Origin: Lama glama
Lineage: Eukaryota
Assembly: GCA_028534125.1 (NCBI GenBank)
Contig: CM052817.1
Coordinates: 83,020,001-83,084,000 of the forward strand
Direction: 5' to 3'
Length of the DNA stretch: 64,000 bases
Shown: in pieces, positions 28,429 through 41,669 of the stretch
How positions within the stretch are numbered: position 1 is the first letter of the stretch
How the letters are laid out: each line of letters opens with the position of its first letter
Notes under the pieces: generated by a model
Seen by the model: the letters and a program-made list of their open reading frames with translations, nothing else
What the model was told of the DNA's origin: nothing
Database searches by the model: none
Made by a program: the position numbers and the translations under genes

Positions 28429-29058
28429 TGAAACCAAGTAGGGCCATGCGAAGCCTTCCAGGTAACAGACCTTCCTGTGCCCCTGGCTCTTGTTTGTAGA
28501 AAACCTTTAGCCTCCTAGGCCTATCCTGAGTTTCAAAGAGCAAATTTAGTCAGAGAAGTGAGAAAATGCAGAAACAAAGGAAAACAGGTAAGGAAAATAA
28601 AATAATAATAGTCTAGCCATTAAAAAAAAAATCAAGGACCTTTAGTTGCTCCTCAAGGTCTACAGATAATATCTTGAGCCGTATCTTTGGGTTGTTTTAT
28701 AGATACTAAAATGTTACCTGCATGCTGACCATCAGTATATAGACCCCAGACAGTTGGAACCAAAAGGCTGATGATTAAGATTCCCAAAACAGTACCCTGG
28801 TACCTCACTGTCAACCACAGAATTGAGCACACACTGATCACAGACCCTGCAACCATCTCCCACACACTGTCTTTAAAAACACTTCCCCAGAAGTTGTTGG
28901 GGAGTTCAAGTATTTTGAGCATAAGCTGACTATTATCCTTACCTGGCCCTAAGTTGGATACCTTGCAAGAAACTCTGTACTATTCTTCCCCATGACCTTG
29001 TGTCAGTAGACTGGCTTTATTGTACGTGGCAAGCAGAAACAAGTTTAGTTTGGTAATA
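28429..29058 (+). mobile_element. ERV1-class solo LTR (630 bp) with 4-bp TSD GACT
   Basis: Starts TGAAACC and ends GGTAATA (decayed ...ACA). GACT is duplicated at 28425-28428 and 29059-29062; a 4-bp TSD is typical of class I ERVs. Confidence 0.85.
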
Positions 29059-30144
29059 GACTCTCCTAAATAATGGATCCCTGAGTCTCATTGGTCTCTT
29101 TAAACTAATTTGTTTGGCAAATTGCCTTTAGAATGAGCATCAAAATTGATCTCTACCATCTTAACAGAAGGAAATCTTTCATTACTTCTAATTTATAAAT
29201 CAACCAGTTGATTATGCGGCCTGATTCTTTCAAAGCAAGGACTTTCTTAAAGTTTGAATAGTTGAGTACTTACTGACGTAAAAACTCAGAATGAATTAAT
29301 ATATTTTTATTTAAATTTTTATTTTTAGAATCTGGTGGTTATTAGGCAACATTTTGGGCCAATACTAATTGCTCTAACATAGTAACTTAGCTGGCCGTTG
29401 TGAGACTCCCATTGCGTTTCATCAGAATTCAATTCTTCCCTGAGTTACATTTTCCACAGAGACTACACTATAGTCCAGTTCTCTTAGAGATAAAGTGGTT
29501 GACACGTTGTACTGATTAGTTACACTCGTATTCCAGGTAGGCACAATGCACTGAAATTTGCTAGCCTTAGGGCCTTCTTGGTCCTATGTCTGAGAGTACA
29601 CATGAGCCAGTTCTTAGGCCTTCACTTTTCCAAATTATGCAGCTAGATGACATCATAAGTTTTTTTTTTAATTTCTCAAAGCTTTGGAAACTGAAAGTGT
29701 ACTAAATAAAAGGCCACATCTCTTGATTAGTTACATATTATTATATAGTTTTGTAGCATAAAATTGGCATTTTCTATTTGTGTTTTACTTTGTATGATAC
29801 ACACAAAATGGAGGGAAAAAAATCACTCCACTAAAAGAACCAGTGTGATTGCAATATCATAGTTCCTAGACTAAGCTGTAAAATGTGTGGCTGCTGCAGC
29901 AGAAATTCAGGAATACCTATGGATAACCACCACAGGAAGAAGCAAAGATGATTCCATTCGAATGCAGATCCCGAGGGACTACACACATGGTGGTCTACAT
30001 AGCTAAAGCAAATAGTGGTACAAAAGGGATTTTGCTTACAAGTTACAATGCTGATCTACTAAAATATGACAGCGTTAAATATTTTTTTAAGTACAGAAAC
30101 TTTTTATGAGGTGCTATAAACAAAGTAATGCACAGTACAGAAAA

Positions 30145-30183
30145 GTCAAGAAATTTTAATTATATAATTAACAGAAGTTTATT
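30145..30183 (-). terminator. cleavage/polyadenylation signal region
   Basis: Minus-strand AATAAA at 30178-30183 and ATTAAA at 30155-30160, followed by U/GU-rich ttcttgacttttctgtactgtgcattactttgttt. Confidence 0.55.
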
Positions 30184-30417
30184 TGAGGAAAACTACATCA
30201 AAGGAAGAGAAATTATTTCAAAGACACAGCTTGTTGATATTTATGTAAAGACAGTTTTCCAGTCATTAAACTATTTTTAACAAAAATATAAGAGATAAAC
30301 CTGTATCAAGGTCAAGCTGCTTAAAGAAATACAATCCCTCAAAGGTTTTGATTTAAACCTGCAGGTTGGACTATCTCTCCAAAGTAACAGAGGTTCAGAT
30401 ACATGAGACGCGCGTTC

Positions 30418-30465
30418 TCAACCACACTCAACGTTAACCACATTTACCACTGCGAAAGTCAACGC
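30418..30465 (-). CDS. putative coding start of the terminal exon, ALTFAVVNVVNVECG-stop
   Basis: Acceptor catttcatttcccagttgctgtgtatcttag|GCGTTGACT. Phase-0 reading reaches TGA at 30418-30420, followed by about 250 nt of UTR-like sequence and a polyA signal. Confidence 0.38.
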   Translation of the reverse strand, partial: ALTFAVVNVVNVECG

Positions 30466-31549
30466 CTAAGATACACAGCAACTGGGAAATGAAATGCCAT
30501 AGTCTGTGTTTGCTTTTAATATAGCCTACCCAGAGCAACACTCACATACACAACAGAATTTAGCCTCACAGTGTGGGTGCACGTTCAGAAATGGCATTTA
30601 AGCCTTTTCCTGCTCTCCCTCTCGCTCTCCCCCAAAACAGTGCACTTGGGATCGTGTGGGATTTGGCCCACAGGCTGTAGTTTGCAAAGTTCTGCTCAAG
30701 GTTCTAAACATTGCTTATGTTACTGTTGAGTTTTAATAAAATATATGTGTGTTCCGAATTAGCACGTGTTTATTATTTACCTTTAACAAAAACAGAATTC
30801 TACGGACAAGTTAATTTGGAAAACTCCAAGTTACCCAGCCAGCCCTGACACACACAGACTCAGCTACCCCAGCTTTCCTTATGAATTTTAAGAGTAAATT
30901 CAAAATAATTTGAAATAATTGAGCCCAGTTTGGGCACAGTTCACAACTCCAAACACTAGGACTCAATATATTATTGTGTCTGCAAATTCAAAATAAACAA
31001 TGAAAGCACAGTGATTTTAAGATGAAGAAGAAATGGTACTACTTTAATAGCATAATTCTATATAAAAATCATTCTCTGAATCTTGCATAATTTATTCTCT
31101 TGAAGGCATCCTTCATGTATTTCTTTCTTATTTTTCAAAAAAGTACTTTAATAAAATTATGCAGTATTAATCCTTTTTTTTGGTTTTCTAATTTTTTTAC
31201 TGGTATAATTATATATACAAAATTTAATACAAGAAAATGTATCTGTATTTTTCCTGTTATTGTTAGTCTTAGTATCTATTTCATTTCATGATTATTTCTA
31301 AAAATAATTTTGTTATATAAGGAGTATTATACAATGATCTTCTATGGGGGTCATTTACATTACATGAGCACTGTTCCATGGGTTTATTCAGCAAGTATAT
31401 GCATTTTAAGCATTTATTTACTTGGTAAAAGAATTAAACATCTTAAGACATAAAAAAATTAGCTTAAGATAAAATTAAGCTGAGAAATCAACAAAGTGCT
31501 GGTAATATATTAAGAAAGTTCAGATAAAATAAGATTGAAATATCAGAGG

Positions 31550-31595
31550 ACTAATGAGATAAAATAACTAATGAGAGAAAATAACTAATCAGAAA
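31550..31595. repeat. 17-bp imperfect tandem repeat (ACTAATGAGA(T/G)AAAATA), about 2.7 copies
   Basis: Directly visible. Confidence 0.8.
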
Positions 31596-32166
31596 TTTAA
31601 CAGGAATAATAAGATGTAAATAATAAGCAAGCTGCTATCATGGTAAAAGGGCATGGTTTAGGAAATGAGTATTATAACATGATGAGCTTGAATACTGGCC
31701 TCATCACTAATTACATCTGATATAAACGTGCCTTTCCTCAAAAGAAGCTGGTTTTCCTATAAACTTAGCCTCTTCAAACATCATTAGAAAGTCAGAGGGT
31801 AGACCTGTCAAAATCTTAACACTTTATCATCTATTCTATGTTAGTCTCTAAGAGATGAATCACTGGACTCATTAAGTATTATATCTAAGAAGAACAGGAT
31901 TACTAATTTGTCTGAAATGACACATAATAATGAATAACTTAAATTCTTTTCATATCATCACATTCTTTAGTATTTAAACATTTTATATGGCTTTAGAGAT
32001 GATAATAACATATAGTTTAATTAATTCAACAAACCTTTACTGAGAATTTACCAGGCCTGAGCAAGAAACACTACACAAGCAAGTACATTTTCCAAACAAA
32101 AGTAAAAAGAGAGTGACAGACAAAATGAGGGAGAAGAAAAGAAAAGAGAAGAGAATATTAGATTAC

Positions 32167-32286
32167 CTCACTGGATCTCAACTGCAAAATATCTGGTATG
32201 GGAAACTTCATTAAATTCCACTGTTTTGTTGTCAGAGCAAAATGCCTCACTGTTTTAGAAAACTTTGGCTTTGCAAGTGTGGTGTC
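32167..32286 (-). CDS. putative internal exon, 120 nt; only open frame DTTLAKPKFSKTVRHFALTTKQWNLMKFPIPDILQLRSSE
   Basis: Minus strand reads tttattgttaag|GACACCACA...TCCAGTGAG|gtaatc. Phase 0/0, in frame with the 41585-41669 exon; the other two frames contain stops. Confidence 0.42.
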
Positions 32287-32659
32287 CTTAACAATAAATA
32301 TCTATATTGTTCCTGATGTTCTTAACTGTTTGCTTTTTAATAGGATTTATGACCCTCTTCCTCTATTACAAAACAGCTATCTTATATGTGCCATTAACTG
32401 GTTGAAAACAAATTCAAAGAATTATAATACTGGAGAACCCATGCCCTGTAAATTCAATAGACGTTTACTAGAGATTACAGGTTGATTCATGTGATAAATA
32501 TTTATTGAGCATCTACAGCCAGACACTCTTCCAGGTGTTCAGGCTGCACTCAATTTTCATCAATCCACAAATCAGTTCTTCACAGAACTTCAGTTCTTCA
32601 CTGAACAGTCACTTCTTCAAGAGTCTTCATGGAATTTATATTCTAGCAAATGTGTTTCA

Positions 32660-32876
32660 GTGGCAATCTGTAGCTCTCTTCAAATGTGGCCTGTGGGAAG
32701 GTCTGCTCAATGTTGCCAGACCTTCTGATTTTTTCAAGAGAAGCCAAAAATCTGGTTTTTAGGTCAAATCATCCAATTTTTGAATGTTGGAAACTAATTC
32801 CATTGTTAAAAAACAGGGTGTGGGCCAAACATCTACAAGCCAAAACCAGCCGTTGGGCCATCATTTACAACTTCTA
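32660..32876. mobile_element. hAT-Charlie MER102/MER103-like fragment
   Basis: gccagaccttctgattttttcaagagaagccaaaaatctgg...gtgggccaaac. Confidence 0.6.
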
Positions 32877-35858
32877 AAGGGAATGTTCTCTAACTTACAG
32901 TAATTTCATTTGCTCTACCATGGTATGTTTAGTTCAGAGAGCCTGTATAATCCTTTAAGAAAAATTTTTAGGTAAGCTTCTTCCATTGTTTAATTTATTA
33001 ATAATATTTTGTTTATTCTATATTAAAGTAAAATTTGTACCCAAAGGCAGGGAGAATGTTGCTGGAATATCACAAAAATCTCTTCCCAGCATATAATGTA
33101 TCACATCTCTGTTTCTGGAACAACATAGCATACTGCTCTCTGACAGCACAATGATCAAGACCACCCCAGAAACACATTATATAACCCTAAGCTATGTTTG
33201 TTCAGAAGAGAAACAGAACAAAATTTATGAGTGTCACTTTAGCTCATATCAATATATTTCAAGCACCAGAACACTTTTTCATTCTGCAGGTGGTGCTTTA
33301 AAGCTTGTATTATAGATTTCAAAATATCATCCATAAGAATCCTAAGCCCCTAAGACCCATTAATTAACCCTGTATTATCAAACATTTTAAAACCAATCAT
33401 TTACCTGTCTTATGCAAGCTGAAGCAAATGCTAACAAGAACTTTCACTTTAATAAATTAAGAGTTGTTTCAAAAGTTAGATAAGTGTATGTTCAAACTAT
33501 ATTATGGATGTTGTCAGGTGATTTGGGTTATAAGAAATTCTTTATTGTGCATTTTAAAGTATTACTTTTCTGTGGGGAACCCATTAATTTCTTTCTGTCA
33601 TCCTCCTCCCCCTTCCCTTCAAGCCACCCACTAATCTAAGCATTCTTGAACACAAACTTTGTAAGAAGTGTTTCTTCACGCATGTGCAGTACATTGGGTA
33701 ACTAAATGAAATGCAGCTGGGAAATATGAAGTGCACACTGAAATGACTCATTAGGCAGCTGTATAGAATAGACAGAAGAAAGTGGCAGGAAAAACTACCA
33801 TGAAGATGCCTAGGGTCATATATACCATTTCCTGCAGATGACTAGAGGCAACATAAAATAAAGCTCTGGGAGAGAATATGGAGCTTTAAGATTCCAATGC
33901 TAGACAATAATAGCAATAAAACTTACTAAAAATACAGATTTGCAGATAAAATTGATACCAGAGACCATTGAATCCAAAACTATGATTAGTAGAAACAAAA
34001 CGGGGGGTATAAATGATTAAAGCAAAAAAACAAAAGCCTAGTAATATTTTAGAGAAGTCACTGATTAAAGGGAGCTTAGGGCCCCAAATTATTTGTATTT
34101 TACTTTGTTTCTTAATCTTAAACTTGATAAAGAAGTTAATAAAACATGTAGATCACGGAATCTGGTGCAGGAAACCCTGTGTTTAAATCTTAGCTTAGCC
34201 ATTTTCTGTCTGGATGAAGAGTCTGTTCCCTAGTCTAAAGACAAATAGGCATAATCTAGACTGCATAAAGCTCTATCTGCAAGGATTCAATTACATTAAT
34301 TGATGAAAAAGTAGCATTATTTGAAACCAGAACAATTTGAGTACTTACTCTATTACTTTTTATTTGTCTAACATGAAAATTATTTGTCTCTAAACTTCAA
34401 TTTATTCTTCTAAGAAATGGGTAAGGTAACATACAAATCACAGGAATATAACTATTAAGTATGAGGATATATATAATATATTAGAACAATGACTGCTTAT
34501 TATACACTATAAAAGTTAATTATCACTAGTAAAAGAAAGTATCTGGAGAATTTTCTAAAAGTCTTAGGGGAATCGGAACATGAATTTATCTCAAGGGCAG
34601 TTACATACGCTTTTATCTTTGCCAATTGTGACCTACATAAATTTGGGATTTTTAATGGTAACCAGGATGAACAGCAATGGCAGTCAGTGCTATACATAGA
34701 CACACACGTATATGATCTTAACTAAGGTAGTATTTTGAGAAGCTCATTATAACTAAACATCCTGCCTAAGAAAGAAAGCAAAAGTACGATGATAAGGATT
34801 TAAGAGAACATTAGGTAAAGTAATCTAAGAGAAAAAGTATTCTAGAATTGCCAGTAAACACTGGAAGGCTAGCCTATAAGAATTCAGACAATAATAATAA
34901 AAATAATTTGAGAAACAGCACTAACTATAGTCTAATGGTCTGTTCTGCCTCTTGGCTGTACCACTCCCAGTAGCCTGCCTTTCACAGGCCTACAGGTCAG
35001 GTAGTAAACACTGTCATGTCATCTCTGCAATCAAAATATTTCCAAGATACACCCATTTCCCAACGATTCAAGTACAAAGGTAGTCTAGGTGAAAATATTT
35101 CCTGAATGAGGGGTCAACACCCTCCTTCAGGTTTAGTTCTCATTCCCCCGCAGAGCATTAAGCTCCAAGTACAGGGAAGTAGGTACTGCGCCCAAGCATT
35201 TCCTGAACGTTCTCATTTCCTTGCTCTTCCACAGTCAGTTCTTTCTCCCTAAAAACCTTCTTTTATGTCTCTACTTGTTTGAATCCCCAGCTAATTGAAA
35301 GGACCCTGAAAACAATTATTTACATACCTTTATACAAAACTTGTTCAACTAACAAAATGCTTCCATCTGTTCACTCATACCCAAACAGTGAGTGTCAATT
35401 GAGTGCCAACTTTGCAATAGGCACAATGAGAGATGCTGCAGGTGAAGTGCTAAAAAATTTTGCCAAATCTAACTAAAACATCATCTGTAAAGATAATATG
35501 CTTTAGATTGGGATTTGGGGGAGGCACATGTGCTTATTTAAAATGTACAGATATACAGTATTTTGAATTTTCAAAAGGATTTATGACAGTCAGCAATTTC
35601 CCTCTAGCAACAATTTCTGTCTACTTTGAAAGAACTATTTTAAAATTAGCTTATAAGGTGACTATAAAACATGTACATTATTATTACATTGGCCTTCATT
35701 TTACAAAACAAGAGAAAATAGTTCATTATTCAAAATACACCAAAAAAGAAAAAAAAAAGAATATAAAATCAAGCTGACCCAAATGGTGCTTTGTATAGAG
35801 AATGGAGTCAGGATAAATTCAGTAAAACTTCACTTTGCAGCAGGTAAAACAATCTTTA

Positions 35859-35866
35859 TGACGTCA
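35859..35866. promoter_or_regulatory. full palindromic CRE (TGACGTCA) in unique intronic sequence
   Basis: Exact motif with retained CpG and an overlapping TCACGTA; function not shown. Confidence 0.25.
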
Positions 35867-37329
35867 CGTAATTTTTCACACATTTTATAATAAATCAAGT
35901 ATCTGAAATCACCTTGATTTTTGCCATCGTGTTTAATCAATGTTTCTTTGCAACGTAATAGTTTCCATTTTTCCATTTAAAATTTTCTAGGTTGAACTCA
36001 GAACTTCTATATTATTAATAAAGCACAGAGTGATTTAATATACCTAAATCTGCCTCAGTGGTAGCCATTAATCATTTGCTTAATATAGTGTTCATAACTT
36101 TTCACATGTAACAAAAAGCAAGCAAGAAAATATGTAAAAAAATAACAAATATACTACAGAGCATCAACAAACATGGAAAAATAGGGAACCTAATTCATAT
36201 GTATATGTCTCTTAGTTTAACAATTGGATGCATTGCTTTAAACTGAGAGATACTTCACCTGAAAAAATGTCTCGAGATTCAACAAAAAATATATTGAGCA
36301 TATTTCTGGGAATGTAACAAATATACTTTACAAAGGGGAATATATACAGTGTTTTCTAATTAACTGAACAGTCTTTAAGTATAGACAAGATTTAAGCAAG
36401 AAAAAATATCCATAAATAAGTGGAGATTGTTTTTAAATTCTTGAGTTAGATAGATTATTCTCCACATCTCATTAATCTGCTCCAGAGAACAGTGTCACCA
36501 TAAGTAGCAACAAATTAAGCTTGTGATTACATATTCTACACTCCTTTGAAAGAGAGATGACCTATTTTGACATGACATGCAAACATCTAACATACTGGCC
36601 TGCATCTTTCTTCCTTCCTGGCTACAAAATAAGCAACAATTTCAAATAATACCTGGTAAAACAAAGACCTGTAGATTTTTTAAATATTCAAATATTTAGC
36701 ACTGACAGTTTGAAAATGTTATTGTGTAGTAAGTAAATGGAAAAATCAACTTTTCTAGTTTCCATTTTTACTATTAAAATTTTTTATAATTTTTAAAATA
36801 CTAATATTATATTTCTATAAATTATTATTTTTAAAAACTATTTTTCAATTATTATGCACTAAGCAAACAGAGAAAACCAAAAATAATTCTTTTCATTTTA
36901 TTAAAACTACATATCTTTAACTGGGAGACAATAAAAGTTACTAAAGATATATTTTACTTAAAAGTTGATGTGGGCTTATTTAAGTGGAGTCAATGGAAGT
37001 TTAAATAAAATTTCAAAGTGTACAACTGACTCCATTTGCTTGACTCATTTAATAACTAGAAACTGTAAGTAGTGTATCTTCACAACATCAAATCAACAAG
37101 CTGGTGAGAAAATTAGAGACTTTGTTTATCTTTCTGATTCTTTCGTCCACAGAGAATCAAATAAATTTATTATCTTTTTTTTCCATGGAGGTTATAAATC
37201 TTATCATAAATTTAGAATCTACTTGGCTATACTGGATACTGTAGGGCACTGAACCCATTCACATATAAGACATTTTTCAAAATATTCTTAAAATTTTGGA
37301 GCCACTACATTTTAAAAAGTACAGTTACT

Positions 37330-38092
37330 CAAAAAGGAACCTTCCTATGCTGTGGGTGAGAATGTAAATTTGTGCAGCCACTATGGAGAACAGTATGAAA
37401 GTTTCTTAAAAAATTAAAAATAGAGTTACTATATGATCCAGCGATCCCATTTCTGGGCATATAACTGGATAAAACTATAAGTTGAAGAGACACACACCCC
37501 AGTGTTCACAGTAGCACTATTTACAATAGCCAAGACATGGAAGCAAGCTAAATGCCCATCAACAGATAAATAGATAAGAAAGATGCGTGCGTGTGTGTGT
37601 GTGTGTGTGTGCGCGTGTGTGTGTGATGGAATATTACTCAGCCATAAAAATGAAATAATGCCATTTGCAGAAACATGGGTGGACCTAGAGATTATCATAT
37701 CAAGTGAAATAAGTCAGAGAAAGACAAATAGTGCACATCACTTCTATGTGGAATCTAAAAAAAACCCGACATAACTGAATTTATTTATAAACTAGAAACA
37801 GACTCAAAAACATAGAAAACAAACTACAGTTACCAAATAGGAAAGGGGTAGGGGAGAGGGATAAATTAGGAGATTGAGATTCACAGATACACTACTGTAT
37901 ATAAAGTAGATAAAAGGCAAAGACTTACTGTAGAGCAGAGGGAAATATATTCAATATCTTGTAATAACCTATAATGGAAAGGAATCTGAAAAATAATATA
38001 TATATATTTGTATATGTATAATTGAATCACTTTGCTGCATACCTGAAACTAACACAGCACTGTAAATCAACTATACTTCAATTTAAAAAGAA
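37330..38092 (+). mobile_element. 5'-truncated LINE-1 3' end (cetartiodactyl-type) with an internal (TG)n tract
   Basis: L1 ORF2 end (ccactatggagaacagtatg...aatagccaagacatggaagcaa) and a 3'UTR ending tgtaaatcaactatacttcaatttaaaaag. Confidence 0.9.
37584..37625. repeat. (TG)n/(CG) alternating purine-pyrimidine microsatellite
   Basis: Directly visible inside the L1. Confidence 0.95.
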
Positions 38093-38764
38093 AACAGAGT
38101 TTCCCAAGAGAAGGAAACAAGGCAAGAGAAAATATGCAGAAAACAGTTCTTATCTCCTAGCCCCAAGAGACACAGTAACATATGAAATGACCCCTTTAAA
38201 CAGTGGTCCTTGTACATATACCAAGCTAGTAATAGGCTAAAGAGAGGAGCCACTGCAGTGATTTCATCAAATGCAGTTTGCTTCCTTTATATTCTCCCTA
38301 AGGGCAATCTACTTATAACTCTTCTATGTCTATACCTAGGAACTTGCAACGTCCTTTTCCACAGTTTTGCAAAACCATCTCTCACTTGTATCGATAACTC
38401 TTAAGAATAAGAGACCAACAAAAATTATTCTGGAAAGCCTTTCTATCTGCATTCAGAAATGAGAACAACTAGAATAAAAGGTAGGAAGCAATAGTGCAAC
38501 AATTTTCAAATAGAAAAAGTTTCTTTTATTAAAAAAGCCATCTAGAGATGCCCATTGCGAAAAGGCAACCCATCATAGTGTATTTCCTAGACATCAGTTC
38601 CTCTGGACATCTCTGGAAAATAGTGCCTGCAATATATTCCATTGAAATATACTGAAGTTATTCAATGCATATAAGAGCCCAGGTCTTGCTATAAAAATAG
38701 CAACATTTAAAACCCTTATCCAGTTAACTCAATATTTTCAGAAGAGATTTGACTGTGGGGATTG

Positions 38765-39126
38765 CTATGAGCTGAGTGTGTCCCCCACCCCCAGCAAAAT
38801 TCATATGTTGAACTTCTAACCTTCAATGTGATGGCATTAGGAGGCAGGGTCTTTGGGAAGTAATGAGGTTTAGATGAGGTCATGTGGGTTAAGCTCCCAT
38901 AACAGGATTAGTATCATCATGTGAAGAGGAAGGACACCTAGCCTTGAGGACAGAGCAAGAAGCAGCTGTCTGCAGGCCAGGAAGCGGGCCTTCACAGGAA
39001 GGAACCAACCATACTGGCACCCTGATCTCAGACTTCCCAGCCTCTAGAACTGGGAAAAATAAATGTCTGTATTTGAGCTACCCACTCTGTAGTGGTTTAT
39101 TGTACCAGCTGGGGCAGACTAACACA
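38765..39126 (+). mobile_element. MaLR LTR (MLT1A/MST-like), inserted in a decayed hAT-Charlie MER
   Basis: tgctatgagctgagtgtgtcccc...aaattcatatgttgaa...cagcctctagaactgggaaaaataaatg...gactaacaca. Confidence 0.85.
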
Positions 39127-39549
39127 GGGCCTTTTTTTTTTTAATCTTTTTTTTTTTTTACATTATACCTATTATATAGTTATAGACAGCACACTTTGAT
39201 AACACTGATACAGGCTCAAAAGGTTTTGCATAAGAGAAGGGAATAAATATGTTCATTTTGGAAGTTCATCACTTCATTTATATTTATGGAGTACAGACAG
39301 GAGGGAGGAAAGACTGGAAGCAGCAGAGGTAGAATATATTAACAAAGGAGATGAGGTAGAAGGAGGAATCAAAGCTAGCTGTGGGCTCTCTGGGCTGAGC
39401 ACCTCAGGAGGTGACAGTTGACACTGACTGAGAGGGGAAGGACTTCAGAAGGAAAGGGTTATGGAGTAAGATCAAAGCACAGCCTCCAAGTAATAAGACT
39501 ACACTCTGTGTATACGTATTACTTAAGTAAAGTACCAAATCAGTCTCAT

Positions 39550-39710
39550 CATTTTATTTACCTTGGGATATTTTTTGAAATATAAAGTCTGGAGGCATAC
39601 ACATATATATTTTGTTTCAGCAGGTTGAAACAAGGGCCAGAGAATTTATATTCCTACACAACTTCTCAAGTACTTCTGATGACCAAACTGGATTGAGGGT
39701 CACAGCTAAG
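39550..39710. mobile_element. MER5-like hAT-Charlie fragment
   Basis: gggccagagaatttatattcctacacaacttctcaagtacttctgatg. Confidence 0.45.
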
Positions 39711-41584
39711 ATCTTTGGCCCAGCCGTACTTCTCATACTTAGCAAGTGCTTAATTACTATTAATTAAAAGGAGGACACTGTAATCCCAGGGCAGAACAGG
39801 GTTAGAACCTTGCACTTCAAGAGCTGGGAAAACTGCAGAGAGAAGAGGAAAGCAAATATAAGCAGTCAGGATACCTGAGACCTAGTACCTGCTCAAACAC
39901 TAACTGGGCTGATTTTCACTTTTCATTTATTAAATAACCCATAATGACGCTTCTGACTCTAAAATTCTGTTTTTTCAAGATGTCACATGGTGTTTGCAAT
40001 GGGTAATTAGGACAGCAATGACCTCTTATTTTATCGATACAGTCAGGACATAAAAGGCTAGTCTTCGGGACTATAGGAAGAATGTAGTTGAGAAGCCATA
40101 CCTGCTAAGATGCATTCTCCAAATCATTGATGTATACAGTTCACAAGATTACCAATGCAAGAGTATTGTAGTTGTTTTTACTACCATAATATTCCAAATG
40201 ATCCACTATCATTGCAAAAGCCATTTCTACATCAAGAGTTTGTACCTTCTACAAGAGAAATAATTTTCTTGAAGAGTTTGCTGGATACACACCAAAAACT
40301 AGTTCACTACTTGGAAACCTACTGAGTAAATTCAAGAGCCCAGCTCCTTTTATTTTCAAGTTTCTGGGAAGAGTATCAAAGGGGATTGGGGAAGAAGAAG
40401 AGGATTCCAGCCCACAGCTCACTTTCTCTACAAGCGAGGACAAGGGAGGACACGCTGAAGCTGAAGATGAAGCTGATGGCCACTGCAGCCCTGCCTCTAG
40501 CAGCAATTATCTTTTAAGATTATTCATTCATTCAATGTTTTGTGAACTCACTGTATCAACAATTCTAGGTCAGCTGTCTCTTATACCCTCCTTCTTCATA
40601 TATACCAACACCTTACCCCCTAAAAATCTATAAACTTTCCAAGCATAACAACAAAACAAACTACTGAGCTGGGAGGATATGGTATAAGCACATCATTCAC
40701 CCTTCCATTTTTAATTCTGTGTTCAAAGCACTTATTTTTTTTTCCTTCTTAATTTGCTTTGGATAAGCTATTCTGAAGCTTTTTCTCCCTCCTGCAGAAT
40801 GGAAATATTTACAACATATCCACTCACTACAAAACCATTTAGTTGTCTCATGGAATCCATTATAATGGGAATTTTACCTGCTCTTGATTAGACCATGACC
40901 CCTCCCCATTCCCAAAGCTTTTCTTCCACCAACAGTCTGATGAGTCCAATATGAGCTGCCTGCTACGCAGCTGTCTATTGATTTATGCATAACTATATAT
41001 CTCATTTGGCTCCTTCTGGTGAAATTATTTTCTCTTACCTCCAGAATCAGAGGAGACCCTATCCCAGATCCTCTTTCTACTCTTTCTACCAGTACATTCC
41101 TAATTATCACAGAGCTAGGATTTGTCATATTTCCAAATTGGCTTATCCCTCCTAATTATTTAAAAATACTCTGTACTTTGAAACATGACATTTTACTGAA
41201 TTACGAACCTTACCAAACAGATGCTAAGAAAACATCTGATATTAAAATACATATTCTTTAATACTGAATTATGATCTTCTGGGAAACAAATTTATAAGGA
41301 TCATCTGGTTGCAAAATGTGATGTTAGTATTGGAACACTGAAAGCATTTAGCATATTTTTGGTATACACACTATAAAAATTAACATCAAGGGAGTTCTCA
41401 GGACATGCTGAATGTCATAAAATCGGTCATGGCTATATGATGTCTAAAAATGCCCCAACTGTTCTTGATAATAAAAGTGTCACTGTGCAAACAATCACTT
41501 TAAAATAGCATTCATTATCACAAACCACTGCTAATCACTGGAACTCTAGAATCTTACAAATTACTCATACTGTGAAAACCTTAC

Positions 41585-41669
41585 CAGTCTCTGAGTTATC
41601 TCTTCCATGCGGTGCTGCAGTCCGCAGGTGTTATTCCTTTTGATTTCTTTATTAAATATACTTAAACAT
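41585..41669 (-). CDS. putative internal exon, 85 nt; only open frame xCLSIFNKEIKRNNTCGLQHRMEEITQRL
   Basis: Minus strand reads cctttttaag|ATGTTTAAG...CAGAGACTG|gtaagg. It retains CpGs, and the other two frames contain stops. Starts phase 2, ends phase 0. Peptide not recognised. Confidence 0.42.

Larger units (their letters stand above)
30145..41669 (-). other. 3' part of an unidentified spliced transcript (at least 3 exons, probably extending to the right); coding gene or lncRNA
   Basis: Three repeat-free blocks have canonical AG/GT boundaries on the minus strand and compatible phases. They end in a terminal exon with AATAAA followed by a U/GU-rich downstream element. Confidence 0.55.

Noticed and set aside
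40249..40506. 85-aa minus-strand ORF in higher-GC sequence near an AG|GTAC donor-like site
   Set aside because: A stop precedes the donor, there is no convincing acceptor, and the product is not recognisable.
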